32,000 nucleotides of DNA from Sinorhizobium meliloti (GCF_017876815.1 NZ_JAGIOS010000001.1:630001-662000); one strand, 5' to 3'. Shown: positions 16,055 through 23,657, counted from the first letter of the stretch. The notes: generated by a model from the sequence alone, not told the origin. Numbers and translations: made by a program.

Positions 16055-16285
16055 ATGATCCAGGAGCCACGTCGCGAGAAGAACTGCCCTGACTGCGGCG
16101 AAACCGTCTTGACGTTGCGAAGGTTTGCAAACATTGCAGCTCTCGCTTTGACCACTCACAGGCGATCAAAGCATGAAGTGGTTAGTTGCCATCTTTGTCG
16201 CGCTTGCCGTGACGTTGACAGTGCATCCTTGACGAGGTTGACCGTCTTCGACAGCTTCTGCTGTCGAAGGCGGTACAACCGGTAA
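16055..16285 (+). CDS. opposite-strand 76-aa Cys/Arg-rich ORF (CPDC ... CHLCRAC, zinc-ribbon-like)
   Basis: ATG at 16055 lies 6 nt after GGAGG (16044-16048). Third-position GC is about 63% by hand count. Sits in a 378-bp gap between the tail chaperone and tape measure genes. The longer 15902 start overlaps the tape measure start and was rejected. Confidence 0.3.
   Translation: MIQEPRREKNCPDCGETVLTLRRFANIAALALTTHRRSKHEVVSCHLCRACRDVDSASLTRLTVFDSFCCRRRYNR
16173..16232 (+). CDS. 19-codon hydrophobic mini-ORF MKWLVAIFVALAVTLTVHP (type I toxin-like), alternative reading of the same gap
   Basis: ATG at 16173, stop at 16230-16232, weak SD (AGGCGA). Followed 8 nt later by a 15-bp stem hairpin. The Ibs-like length and composition are the only support. 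Confidence 0.2.
   Translation: MKWLVAIFVALAVTLTVHP
16241..16274 (+). other. strong hairpin (15-bp stem, 4-nt loop)
   Basis: accgtcttcgacagc-ttct-gctgtcgaaggcggt. The single imperfect position is U.G on a plus-strand RNA but A.C on a minus-strand RNA. No U-tract follows. Confidence 0.6.
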
Positions 16286-16323
16286 CCTCATCTGAAGGTG
16301 GCGAAGTAGCCACCGGCGCTACT

Positions 16324-16518
16324 TTATCCTGCCCCGATCGTCCTCGCGTTCGGAATGCCCTTCAGCGAAGGCCGGACGCCGTGCTCTGCGGCGATGCGCC
16401 GGACCTCCTCGCGCGAAATGAACGGTCCACCGCGAACATTCCCGGAAAGCCCCTCCACGGTCATCTCGAATTCCGCCGCCGTCGCCTTCCAGAACATTTC
16501 CGGCGACCAGCCGAGCAT
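16324..16518 (-). CDS. tail assembly chaperone, downstream (T-like / GTA g10.1-like) frame
   Basis: LGWSPEMFWKATAAEFEMTVEGL resembles the rcc01693/TIGR02216-type small tail protein. Its frame is open upstream to 16764 and is the -1 frame of the preceding gene. Confidence 0.7.
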   Translation of the reverse strand: MLGWSPEMFWKATAAEFEMTVEGLSGNVRGGPFISREEVRRIAAEHGVRPSLKGIPNARTIGAG

Positions 16519-16565
16519 CTTCGGGTTCGTGGCGATACGGTACAGCGACTTGAGATGATCCTTGA

Positions 16566-16967
16566 TCAGGAGGGGCTTACGGGCTTTCCCAGGACGGCGT
16601 CTCCCGCGATCTGCGACGCGGTCCGCTCGTCCCGCCGAATTGTCCCGGCAGCAATGTGAGCCGAGAGCGCCTTTTCGACCGCCTCGCGCCAGGCGAGCTG
16701 GTCGGCGGCCGAGATATTGCCGTCGTCGAGGATCTTCGCCGAAAGCGCCGAGATCTGATCCTCGTCATCCGCCACGATCAGGCAGCGGACGGCGCAGGCG
16801 ACCGCCTTCGGCTCGAAGCCGAGGAGACGGCCGTAGATCTCGTCGAGCGTGCGGGCGCCGATCGCATCGGAGAGACGAGCGAGCCCGGAGAAGGTGACGG
16901 CGATGCGGAAGTCGATCGCGCCGATGCGAACCTCCGCCTCGCCGCGCAATGGGTTGGCAGGCAACAT
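16566..16967 (-). CDS. tail assembly chaperone (lambda G position, GTA g10-like)
   Basis: 133 aa directly after the major tail gene. Carries the slippery heptamer near its 3' end. Confidence 0.7.
   Translation of the reverse strand: MLPANPLRGEAEVRIGAIDFRIAVTFSGLARLSDAIGARTLDEIYGRLLGFEPKAVACAVRCLIVADDEDQISALSAKILDDGNISAADQLAWREAVEKALSAHIAAGTIRRDERTASQIAGDAVLGKPVSPS
16584..16590 (-). promoter_or_regulatory. programmed -1 ribosomal frameshift heptamer G GGA AAG
   Basis: Minus strand reads CTG GGA AAG CCC in the G-like frame. A -1 slip continues as GCC CGT AAG CCC CTC CTG ATC AAG ... into the T-like ORF, giving a fusion of about 214 aa. Confidence 0.7.
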
Positions 16968-16980
16968 GAAAAGTCTCCCG

Positions 16981-17391
16981 TTAGACGGCGGGCACGAAGG
17001 TGAGCGCGCCGGTCATGGCGCAGCGGATATCGGCCTGCAGCTCGTTGGTCTTGTCGCCCGAGAACGTCATCGAGACGAGCATGTCGCCTTCGAACGTGCC
17101 AACGCCGGGCACCGTGACCTGATACTCGGTGATGACCTGGTTGACGGCGTCGGCGGTTACCGCCTTCATCGTGACAGTATCGACGAAGGCGCCCTGCCCG
17201 CTGAAACGGATGGACTGGATGCCGTACATCAGCGCCAGCGTGAGCTTGCTGCCGGGATCGGTACAGCTCGGCTTGGTGATGTCGATTTCCTCGTTGTTGA
17301 TCTCGAGGGATCGCTGTTCGGTGATGCAGGCAAGGGTGAAGGCGCCTGCGCCGGTCGAGCGGGCAAGCGTGAGCTGACGGCCGAGAGCCAT
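16981..17391 (-). CDS. major tail (tube) protein, TP901-1/GTA g9-like
   Basis: 136 aa. Position upstream of the chaperones, and beta-rich sequence similar to the TP901-1-family major tail proteins of alphaproteobacterial GTA-like clusters. Confidence 0.7.
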   Translation of the reverse strand: MALGRQLTLARSTGAGAFTLACITEQRSLEINNEEIDITKPSCTDPGSKLTLALMYGIQSIRFSGQGAFVDTVTMKAVTADAVNQVITEYQVTVPGVGTFEGDMLVSMTFSGDKTNELQADIRCAMTGALTFVPAV

Positions 17392-17429
17392 GGCAAAATC
17401 CTCTTTTGCTGGTGGGAGTGGTGGCGCTA

Positions 17430-17478
17430 CTGCATGCCGCCCAAAAGTGTGCAGCGGTTTTGGGATAACGGCATGCAG
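17430..17478. repeat. compound palindrome / stem-loop in the gap before the major tail gene
   Basis: CTGCATGCCG-CCCAAAA-(11-nt loop)-TTTTGGG-ataa-CGGCATGCAG: 17 bp paired with a 4-nt bulge. Confidence 0.7.
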
Positions 17479-17483
17479 AGCGT

Positions 17484-17948
17484 TTAGAGCGCAGCCTGTT
17501 CCGGATTGGCGGCGAGCGTCTTGTAGGCGATCTGGTAGTTGAGCGAACCGGCAAGCAGGGAGATGCCGGTTTGCGGGTTGACGAAATACTGTTCCGACTG
17601 CAGCAGCGCCTCAATGGCGAGGCCGCCGAGAGTGATGTCCGAGGCCATCGCAGCCTCGATCAGCACGCAAAGTCGATCGAATTCCTCTTCCGGTTCATCG
17701 TCCTGCAAATGCACGACGACCGAGAGCGGCAAGGACCGATCGTAGCCGTCTTCTCCGGCTGGCCCTGACGAGGGCCGGACCGTCAAGGTCTCCGACCTGT
17801 CGGCCCAGGTGACCGTGAGGGCCGGCAGCTTCTCCTGCGGGATGGCACCCTTGCGGCCGCGCTTCACCTTGTCAGCACCGGAGAACTCCGAAATGGCCGA
17901 GAGGCGCGCGATGACGGCCGCGAAGATCTGACTGCGGAGATGCGGCAT
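17484..17948 (-). CDS. tail terminator/completion protein (DUF3168-like, GTA g8 position)
   Basis: 154 aa immediately upstream of the tube gene. The call rests on gene order and general similarity. Confidence 0.55.
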   Translation of the reverse strand: MPHLRSQIFAAVIARLSAISEFSGADKVKRGRKGAIPQEKLPALTVTWADRSETLTVRPSSGPAGEDGYDRSLPLSVVVHLQDDEPEEEFDRLCVLIEAAMASDITLGGLAIEALLQSEQYFVNPQTGISLLAGSLNYQIAYKTLAANPEQAAL

Positions 17949-17949
17949 A

Positions 17950-18243
17950 TCAGGCGACCGTGCGGCCGAGGTCGCGCAGCACCTGGTTCACGACAACCGC
18001 GGAATAACCCGCCTCGAGAATCCGTGCGCGCGCCTTGCCACTATCAAGCAGGCGACCGATGTCGGAGCGGATCGCCGAGCGGAGCCGCGACGGCAATTGC
18101 GGCCACGGCCGCTGCGTCATAGCGCCGGCGGTCTGGCGCGCAGCCTTCTTCTTGGCGCCCTCTTCCGTCGAGAACAGCGCCTGGCAGAGGTCCTCCATCG
18201 GGTCGACCGCGGCGGCCGGCGCTTCCTGTTCCTGTGTCTTCAT
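17950..18243 (-). CDS. hypothetical 97-aa protein in the connector module, HTH-like C-terminus
   Basis: The frame has about 85% GC at third positions by hand count, so it is the real coding frame. Tightly packed between neighbours. LLDSGKARARILEAGYSAVVVNQVLRDLG looks helix-turn-helix-like. Confidence 0.6.
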   Translation of the reverse strand: MKTQEQEAPAAAVDPMEDLCQALFSTEEGAKKKAARQTAGAMTQRPWPQLPSRLRSAIRSDIGRLLDSGKARARILEAGYSAVVVNQVLRDLGRTVA

Positions 18244-18245
18244 GA

Positions 18246-18572
18246 TCAGATGTCTCCGGCAAGCGAGATGCGGAGCATGGCCCGCGCATCATCGTCGATG
18301 TTGATGACCTGGTAGGTGACGCCGCCGATCGCGACGCTGTCGCGCTGGCTGGCGAGACCGGGAACCGCGGAGGCGGACACGGCGAGCAGATGGGTGGTGC
18401 CTTCGACCGCCTGCTCCTGCTCCTCCGCCAGGTCGGTTTCCCGCCACACTCGCAGGATGACCCGGACGGCAGGCCTCGGGACCCCGTCGACCGTGAACAC
18501 CGCGTCGGCATTGCCGAAGGCCTTGGCGAACTTCGGCCCCATCCGTTCGAACATGGCGGGACGCGGCGTCAT
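18246..18572 (-). CDS. head-tail joining/adaptor protein (lambda FII position)
   Basis: 108 aa with an ATGA overlap with the upstream gene. The call rests on gene order. Confidence 0.5.
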   Translation of the reverse strand: MTPRPAMFERMGPKFAKAFGNADAVFTVDGVPRPAVRVILRVWRETDLAEEQEQAVEGTTHLLAVSASAVPGLASQRDSVAIGGVTYQVINIDDDARAMLRISLAGDI

Positions 18573-18973
18573 TTTGGAGCCTTGAGCTTTTCGATCTCGG
18601 CCTGAAGCTTGGTGACTTCGCCAGCCAGCGTCGCATTGTCGGCCTCAAGCTGCTCGTTCTGCTTGAGCAGCGTGTTGCGGTCGCCGATGGCGCTGTCGCG
18701 CTCCGCCGTCATACGGTCATTGTCGGCCGAAAGCTTGTCGTTGTCGGCCGAGAGCTTCTCGATCGCCTCGCGAAGCTTGTCGAGATCGATGGAAGGCACG
18801 GGCGCCGCGGACGTGGCGTCGGGACCGGCGGTCCAGGCACCAAAATTTTTGCGGAAGTTTTCCGCTTCCTCGGCCGTGATCCCGCCGGTACCGACCGGAA
18901 CCGGCTCACCCGGCCTGTAGGATTTCTTGCCGACCTTGACGGTCACATTGAACTGCTCGGTTTTCTTGCTCAT
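18569..18973 (-). CDS. hypothetical 134-aa protein with a C-terminal coiled coil and a tandem KLSADND repeat
   Basis: ORF directly after the capsid gene hairpin. A 21-bp tandem duplication lies at 18718-18759. No family recognised. Confidence 0.6.
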   Translation of the reverse strand: MSKKTEQFNVTVKVGKKSYRPGEPVPVGTGGITAEEAENFRKNFGAWTAGPDATSAAPVPSIDLDKLREAIEKLSADNDKLSADNDRMTAERDSAIGDRNTLLKQNEQLEADNATLAGEVTKLQAEIEKLKAPK

Positions 18974-18995
18974 CGGAGCGTCCTTTCAAGTCCCG

Positions 18996-19024
18996 ATATC
19001 CGCCGGCTGGAAACCGGCGGATAT
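18996..19024 (-). terminator. 11-bp perfect stem-loop immediately downstream of the major capsid gene
   Basis: ATATCCGCCGG-ctggaaa-CCGGCGGATAT. No U-tract, so an attenuator or mRNA-stabilising hairpin is more likely than a full terminator. Confidence 0.5.
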
Positions 19025-19047
19025 GCGGACGAACACGGGGTTGGGGA

Positions 19048-20079
19048 TTAGCGGACCAGCGCGAACAGGCTGGCGTCGGGCTCCGGAGCGATCGGAAGCG
19101 GTGCTGCCTGCGTCTGGACGATGGTTCGCGAGGGGTTCCGTTCCCGCCACATGTCGGGGAAGCGCTCCATAGACAGGAGCGCGTCGTTGTCGAGGATGGC
19201 GCCGTAAGCGAAGTGGCCCATGAAGCCGAAGGGATCGAAGATCCCGACGCCCATGGAAGGCCAGAAGTTGTTGCGCACGCCGCCAACCGTGTAGGGCTGC
19301 GAATACTGGATGAACGTCAGCTCGCCGATGGTGCCGAGAACCGCGTAATACTTGTTCTCCGCGCCGGTGCTGACCGGCCCCAGCTGCATGATGCCGCCGT
19401 CCTGGCGCCGGTTGTCTAGCGCCTCGAGGAAGCGCAGCGACTTCTTCAGGAGACCCGCAGCGCCCGGGCCGAGCAGCACCTCGCGGGCGGTGAAGCCGCT
19501 GGTATCGGAAAGCAGCTGCACCCACGCCTCGACATCGTCCATCGGGTCGACGCCGGCTTCGCCCCAGCGCGCTGCGCCGGCGAGCGCGATCGTCAGCGCG
19601 GCATTGCGGCCGAAGTTGACCGTCTGCGTCGGATAGTCCTCGCCCTCGACGATCACCTGACCGGTGCGGATAACCTGCGAGCACATGAACTCCTCGCGCC
19701 GCGTGATCCGCTGGTCCTGGTCGTCGATGATCGTCGCCAGATTGTAGGCGTAGCGTTGCGCCGGCGAGTTGCGGCCGCCGATCGGCTCGCCCGGCATGCG
19801 GATCATGTTGCCGCCGGGGCGAAGCGTATTCTGCGGCTTGACGTAAGCCGGCGTGAAACTGGTCGCCTTGAAGCCGCGGTTGGCCGAGTCCTTGCCGGGA
19901 ACATCTGGGTGGACGAACGGCGCGAGCTCACGGTCCGGCAGGATCTTGTCGAAGACGATCTGTTCCATGTCGGAAAGGACCGTGGTGGAGAAATAGCGAT
20001 CGCGCAGGAAAGCTTCCGGGCGATCGCGAGGCGGCAGAACCGCAACGAGTTCCGCGGTGGAGAGGAGAAGTTCTTCCAT
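19048..20079 (-). CDS. major capsid protein, lambda gpE family
   Basis: 343 aa, following a gpD-like gene. Sequence style matches Phage_cap_E proteins (FTPAYVKPQ, ITRREEFMCSQV, LGTIGELTFIQYSQPY). Confidence 0.85.
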   Translation of the reverse strand: MEELLLSTAELVAVLPPRDRPEAFLRDRYFSTTVLSDMEQIVFDKILPDRELAPFVHPDVPGKDSANRGFKATSFTPAYVKPQNTLRPGGNMIRMPGEPIGGRNSPAQRYAYNLATIIDDQDQRITRREEFMCSQVIRTGQVIVEGEDYPTQTVNFGRNAALTIALAGAARWGEAGVDPMDDVEAWVQLLSDTSGFTAREVLLGPGAAGLLKKSLRFLEALDNRRQDGGIMQLGPVSTGAENKYYAVLGTIGELTFIQYSQPYTVGGVRNNFWPSMGVGIFDPFGFMGHFAYGAILDNDALLSMERFPDMWRERNPSRTIVQTQAAPLPIAPEPDASLFALVR

Positions 20080-20106
20080 GTGTGTGGTGTCCTTTCGGTC
20101 TCTGGC

Positions 20107-20463
20107 TTACTTCAGGACGCGCACGTAGAGGGGAGCGCCTGCCTTGCGGAAAGCGGCCTCGACGGTCGCGGCCGTGTGTCCGGCGCCCAGAAAGAGTTTC
20201 GTCGAATCGAAGGCGCCGCTCGCGTAAGCCGCGGCGACGACGTCACCGGCGGATGCATCGCAATCGGTCGCCAGCACCAGGCCGGGCGTCTGCGACCCAT
20301 CAGCAGCGGCCGAAGCGGACAGGGTGTATTTGTCCGATGCGGTGATATTGCCGAGGACAGCACCGCGCTTGAGGTTCTGGCCGCTGACGATGGTGATGTT
20401 GCGGGTGATGACCGGAACGTCGGAAACGAGCAGGTCGTTCGGGGCGAAGGTTGCTTCTCCCAT
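20107..20463 (-). CDS. head decoration protein, lambda gpD-like
   Basis: 118 aa located between the scaffold and the capsid gene. The motif run ...GAVLG...LA.D.DAS...AAAYASGAF is typical of gpD-family proteins. Confidence 0.75.
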   Translation of the reverse strand: MGEATFAPNDLLVSDVPVITRNITIVSGQNLKRGAVLGNITASDKYTLSASAAADGSQTPGLVLATDCDASAGDVVAAAYASGAFDSTKLFLGAGHTAATVEAAFRKAGAPLYVRVLK

Positions 20464-20465
20464 GA

Positions 20466-21008
20466 TCAGGAATCCTTCCGGTTACGGCCGTGACGGGCCA
20501 GGATGGTGGAGCGGACGGTGGAGATCACCGCCTGTTTCTCGGTGGCCTTGCCGCCGCCCGGCGTGCCGGCGCCGAGAGTCGGGCTCTTTCCGGCCATGCG
20601 ACCGGCAAGGCGCGAACCGCCGGCGGAAGCGGAGGAGAGAAGCGCACCCGCTTCCTTGGCCGAGTAGAACCTCGAGCCGAAGGCAAGCTCGGCGGCGAGG
20701 CCGGGATTGCTCTCGGCCTTCGGGTGCATGAGGATCGAGCGGATGCGACCCTGCTCGGCGCGGCGGACGGTGCTTGCCGACGTCTTGCCGTCGTCGGTCT
20801 CTTCTCCCTCGGCCTCGGCGCTGGTGTCCTCCTCCTCGGTCTCGCTCTCCGGATCGGAAGGGGTATCCTCGGCGGAAGTGTCCTCCTCTTCGGTTTCGAT
20901 CACTTCCTCGTCTTCCGGCCGCTCGTCTTCCAGCCGGGAGCCCTTCTTGCCGCTAATGGCGGCGAGCACGCTCCGCGTGAGCGCGCTGCTACGCGTCAAG
21001 TTCGACAT
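20466..21008 (-). CDS. acidic scaffolding-like protein (Nu3 position)
   Basis: 180 aa with a repeated ETEEEDTSAE acidic tract, then RIRSILMHPKAESNPGLAAELAF, a motif common in the scaffold domains that follow S49 head proteases. Confidence 0.6.
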   Translation of the reverse strand: MSNLTRSSALTRSVLAAISGKKGSRLEDERPEDEEVIETEEEDTSAEDTPSDPESETEEEDTSAEAEGEETDDGKTSASTVRRAEQGRIRSILMHPKAESNPGLAAELAFGSRFYSAKEAGALLSSASAGGSRLAGRMAGKSPTLGAGTPGGGKATEKQAVISTVRSTILARHGRNRKDS

Positions 21009-21033
21009 TCGTCGTCTCCAGTTGATGTTGGGG

Positions 21034-21939
21034 TTAGCCGGCTGTCCGGCTCAGTTCAGCTTCGAAGGCCTCGAGAACCTGCGAAGGGCGTGCAACCGCG
21101 TCGGCGAGGCCGGCATCAACCGCCTTCTGTCCGCGATAGACCCGCGCCTCAGTGGCGAGAGCGGATTGCTGTGTCAGCCGGCCGGCGCGGTACCGCGCGA
21201 CGGTGGCTGCAAATTCGACGCGGAGCTCCTCTAGCTCGGCGAGTTCCTGCTGAAGCACATCGTCGGGGATGGCTTCGTACGGATTGAAGTCGGCCTTGTG
21301 CTCGCCGGCCTTCAGAATGGTGACCTTGAGGCCTTCCTTCGCGAGCCAGGCGCTCATATCGACATGCATCGAGATGACGCCGATCGAGCCGCAGATACCG
21401 GTCTGCGGAATGACCAGCTGCCGGCAAGGTGAGGCCAGCAGATAACCGGCCGAGCACGCATGATCCGTCAGAACGGCGATCGTGGGCTTCACCTGCGAAA
21501 GCTCAAAAATCTGCTCGGCGCAATCGAAGGCGCCGGTCACCTCGCCGCCATAGCTGTCGACTTCGAACACGACGGCCTTGATGTCGTCGCGCTCGATGCA
21601 ATCCCGGACCTGCACTCCGATCGCTTCGTAGCTGGTCATGCCGCAGGACTTGCCGATCCACTTGCCCTTGTTCACGAGCGAGCCCTCGATCTCGATCAAC
21701 GCAATGCCGGACGCGACGAGATCCGGACCAGGGTAGACACGCTCACCGTCCCAGTCGGTCGCATTGCGGAGCTTCTCGCCGAGAAGTCCCATCTCCTCGC
21801 CGCCGCCGACCTGCGCCGGAGCGTCCGGGCTGCCGAGCACGCGCGGGCCGAAAGCCCGCGCAATGATGTCGCCCTTTGACGGATGCAGCATCAGCGGCGC
21901 GCCGAACATCCGACTGGCGATTTCGGGATAGTTCCTCAT
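21034..21939 (-). CDS. head maturation protease, peptidase S49 (lambda gpC-like)
   Basis: ATG at 21939 overlaps the portal stop (ATGA). IALIEIEGSLVNKG, VFEVDSYGGEV and ACSAGYLLAS are SppA/ClpP-fold motifs. The 441-aa track extension was rejected. Confidence 0.85.
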   Translation of the reverse strand: MRNYPEIASRMFGAPLMLHPSKGDIIARAFGPRVLGSPDAPAQVGGGEEMGLLGEKLRNATDWDGERVYPGPDLVASGIALIEIEGSLVNKGKWIGKSCGMTSYEAIGVQVRDCIERDDIKAVVFEVDSYGGEVTGAFDCAEQIFELSQVKPTIAVLTDHACSAGYLLASPCRQLVIPQTGICGSIGVISMHVDMSAWLAKEGLKVTILKAGEHKADFNPYEAIPDDVLQQELAELEELRVEFAATVARYRAGRLTQQSALATEARVYRGQKAVDAGLADAVARPSQVLEAFEAELSRTAG

Positions 21940-23657
21940 GCCGTTTTCCTTCTGGAGATCCTCGGGATGCCGGCGGGATGCCGTGCCGAAGTCCGGCCGT
22001 TGACTTCTTCCTCGGTCTCGTCGCCCGGCTCGGCTGGCGGAGCGGCACTCGCCTGCGATCTGGCCTCGGGCTTGCCCGGATCGGGATCGAGGCCGAGCCG
22101 TTCGTAGAAGGCCCGTTCCCGGGCGCGCTGCTGCGCATCCATCTTCCAGTCCCGCCCCTGCTCGGCCGCTTCCTGCTGGAGCGTGGTGAGATTGCCGGCG
22201 AGCCGCTCGCTGGCGGCCTGCGCCTCCCGCAGCGGGTCGATCCAGCCTCGGCCGGGACCGATCCAGTCCGCATGGCACCATGCGGCCGGGTTCTGCTCGA
22301 AGCGAACGGCGCCCGCCGGAAGCTCGATCAGGCCCTTGTCGAACACCTCCTCGAGCCATGCCCGATAGATCGGCGCCATGAACTGCGAGGCGAAGCCGCC
22401 CTTCTTGGCGGTAAAGCCGCGCCAGATTTCCAGGAGTGCGGCGCGTGCCGACGAATAGTTCACCTGGCTCCAGTCCATGGTCAGCTGCTCGTAGGTGACG
22501 CCGATGGCGCTCGCGACCTTGCGCAGCGCCGCATTGACGAAGGCCTCGAAGTTGGCGTTCGGGTGCTCCGGCTTGGTCAGCGTCGCCTTTTCGCCCGGCT
22601 GCAGCGTGTTGACGCGAACGCCGGGCAAATCGATCGGTGCGGCCCCGTAATAGGCCTTCTGCGCAGCCGACATTTCGCCGAAGAGCTTGGCGATACCGTC
22701 GTTGCCGTAATCGGCGCCCATCGCCTCTAGCATCTCTTCCGGATCGAAGGGCGTTTCGATGAAGGCAGCCATAACGGCGTTCAGCATTGCCGCCTGGCTC
22801 TCATAGTCCTCATAGTCGGTCGACTGCTTGATCGACCGCATGACCGGCGCCCAGTCGGAAACGCCGCGCGTCATGCCGGCGCGCTTCTGCTCGTAGGCGT
22901 GAACGACGATCGGCCGCCCCCATTCGGTCTCCCGCTCGACATACTCCCAGTGCCACAGGCCGGTATTCCCGGCAAAGAATTCGCCAGGATGCGACTTGCG
23001 GAAGTGGTAGCCGACCGGTGCGCCGTAACCGTCGATGGCGACGCCGTCGCGCAGGAACTCTTCGTCCATCCGCCCGTTCGGATTGGAACACCGGGCCGGG
23101 TCCACGACATGAATTGCCGTCTGGAACAGCGGCGCATTGTCCTGCCAGACGATGACCCCGAAGGCCTCGCCCTCAGGACCGAACCGCTGACGGGCCGCAA
23201 GGCCGAGAATGCCGGCCATCGTCTTCGTCCGCTCGGCGTCGCACCATTTGTCGACGTCCTGCGTATAATCCCGCCACAAGGCTTCGATCTTGTCGGCGAT
23301 CTCCTCCGCCTGCTCAAACGTCATGTTGAGCGAGACGTGGTTCGGCCGCGCTGCAAGCGTCCAGCCCGAGCCGATGATGTTGTCGACGAGGCGCGAGGTG
23401 CCCGCCGCGCCCCAGCCGTCATTCCGCGCCACGTCGTTCAGCCGGTCGACGAGCTCGGAGCGCGACCAGGTCAGCGCCGACTGACCGGACCATGTGCCCG
23501 GCCGCCATTTGGCAAACGACGGGTGATCGTAGGATGCGCCCTGGTAGGCCGAAGACGCCATCAGCCGGTTCTTCGCGACCTGCACGCGGGCAGCGGCACG
23601 AACTGCCGGCGAAAGCGGTTTCGCGTCAGGGCCGAGGATCGTGACTTCGCCGCTCAT
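21936..23657 (-). CDS. portal protein, lambda gpB family
   Basis: 573 aa located between gpW and the S49 protease. Acidic, Pro-rich C-terminal tail. Confidence 0.85.
   Translation of the reverse strand: MSGEVTILGPDAKPLSPAVRAAARVQVAKNRLMASSAYQGASYDHPSFAKWRPGTWSGQSALTWSRSELVDRLNDVARNDGWGAAGTSRLVDNIIGSGWTLAARPNHVSLNMTFEQAEEIADKIEALWRDYTQDVDKWCDAERTKTMAGILGLAARQRFGPEGEAFGVIVWQDNAPLFQTAIHVVDPARCSNPNGRMDEEFLRDGVAIDGYGAPVGYHFRKSHPGEFFAGNTGLWHWEYVERETEWGRPIVVHAYEQKRAGMTRGVSDWAPVMRSIKQSTDYEDYESQAAMLNAVMAAFIETPFDPEEMLEAMGADYGNDGIAKLFGEMSAAQKAYYGAAPIDLPGVRVNTLQPGEKATLTKPEHPNANFEAFVNAALRKVASAIGVTYEQLTMDWSQVNYSSARAALLEIWRGFTAKKGGFASQFMAPIYRAWLEEVFDKGLIELPAGAVRFEQNPAAWCHADWIGPGRGWIDPLREAQAASERLAGNLTTLQQEAAEQGRDWKMDAQQRARERAFYERLGLDPDPGKPEARSQASAAPPAEPGDETEEEVNGRTSARHPAGIPRISRRKTA

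Noticed and set aside
16778-17614. Same-strand alternative-frame ORFs, for example 16778..17614 (278 aa), 18986..19684, 18044..18511, 24517..25236, 29608..30225.
   Set aside because: Arg/Pro-rich nonsense-like translations that overlap better-supported frames with strong third-position GC bias.
21940-22359. N-terminal extensions in the ORF track: protease to 22359, endolysin to 3488, 1619-ORF to 2068, 27644-ORF to 28501, 26730-ORF to 27596.
   Set aside because: The extensions overlap upstream genes or lack an SD. Internal ATGs with an SD or ATGA/TGATG coupling fit the operon packing.
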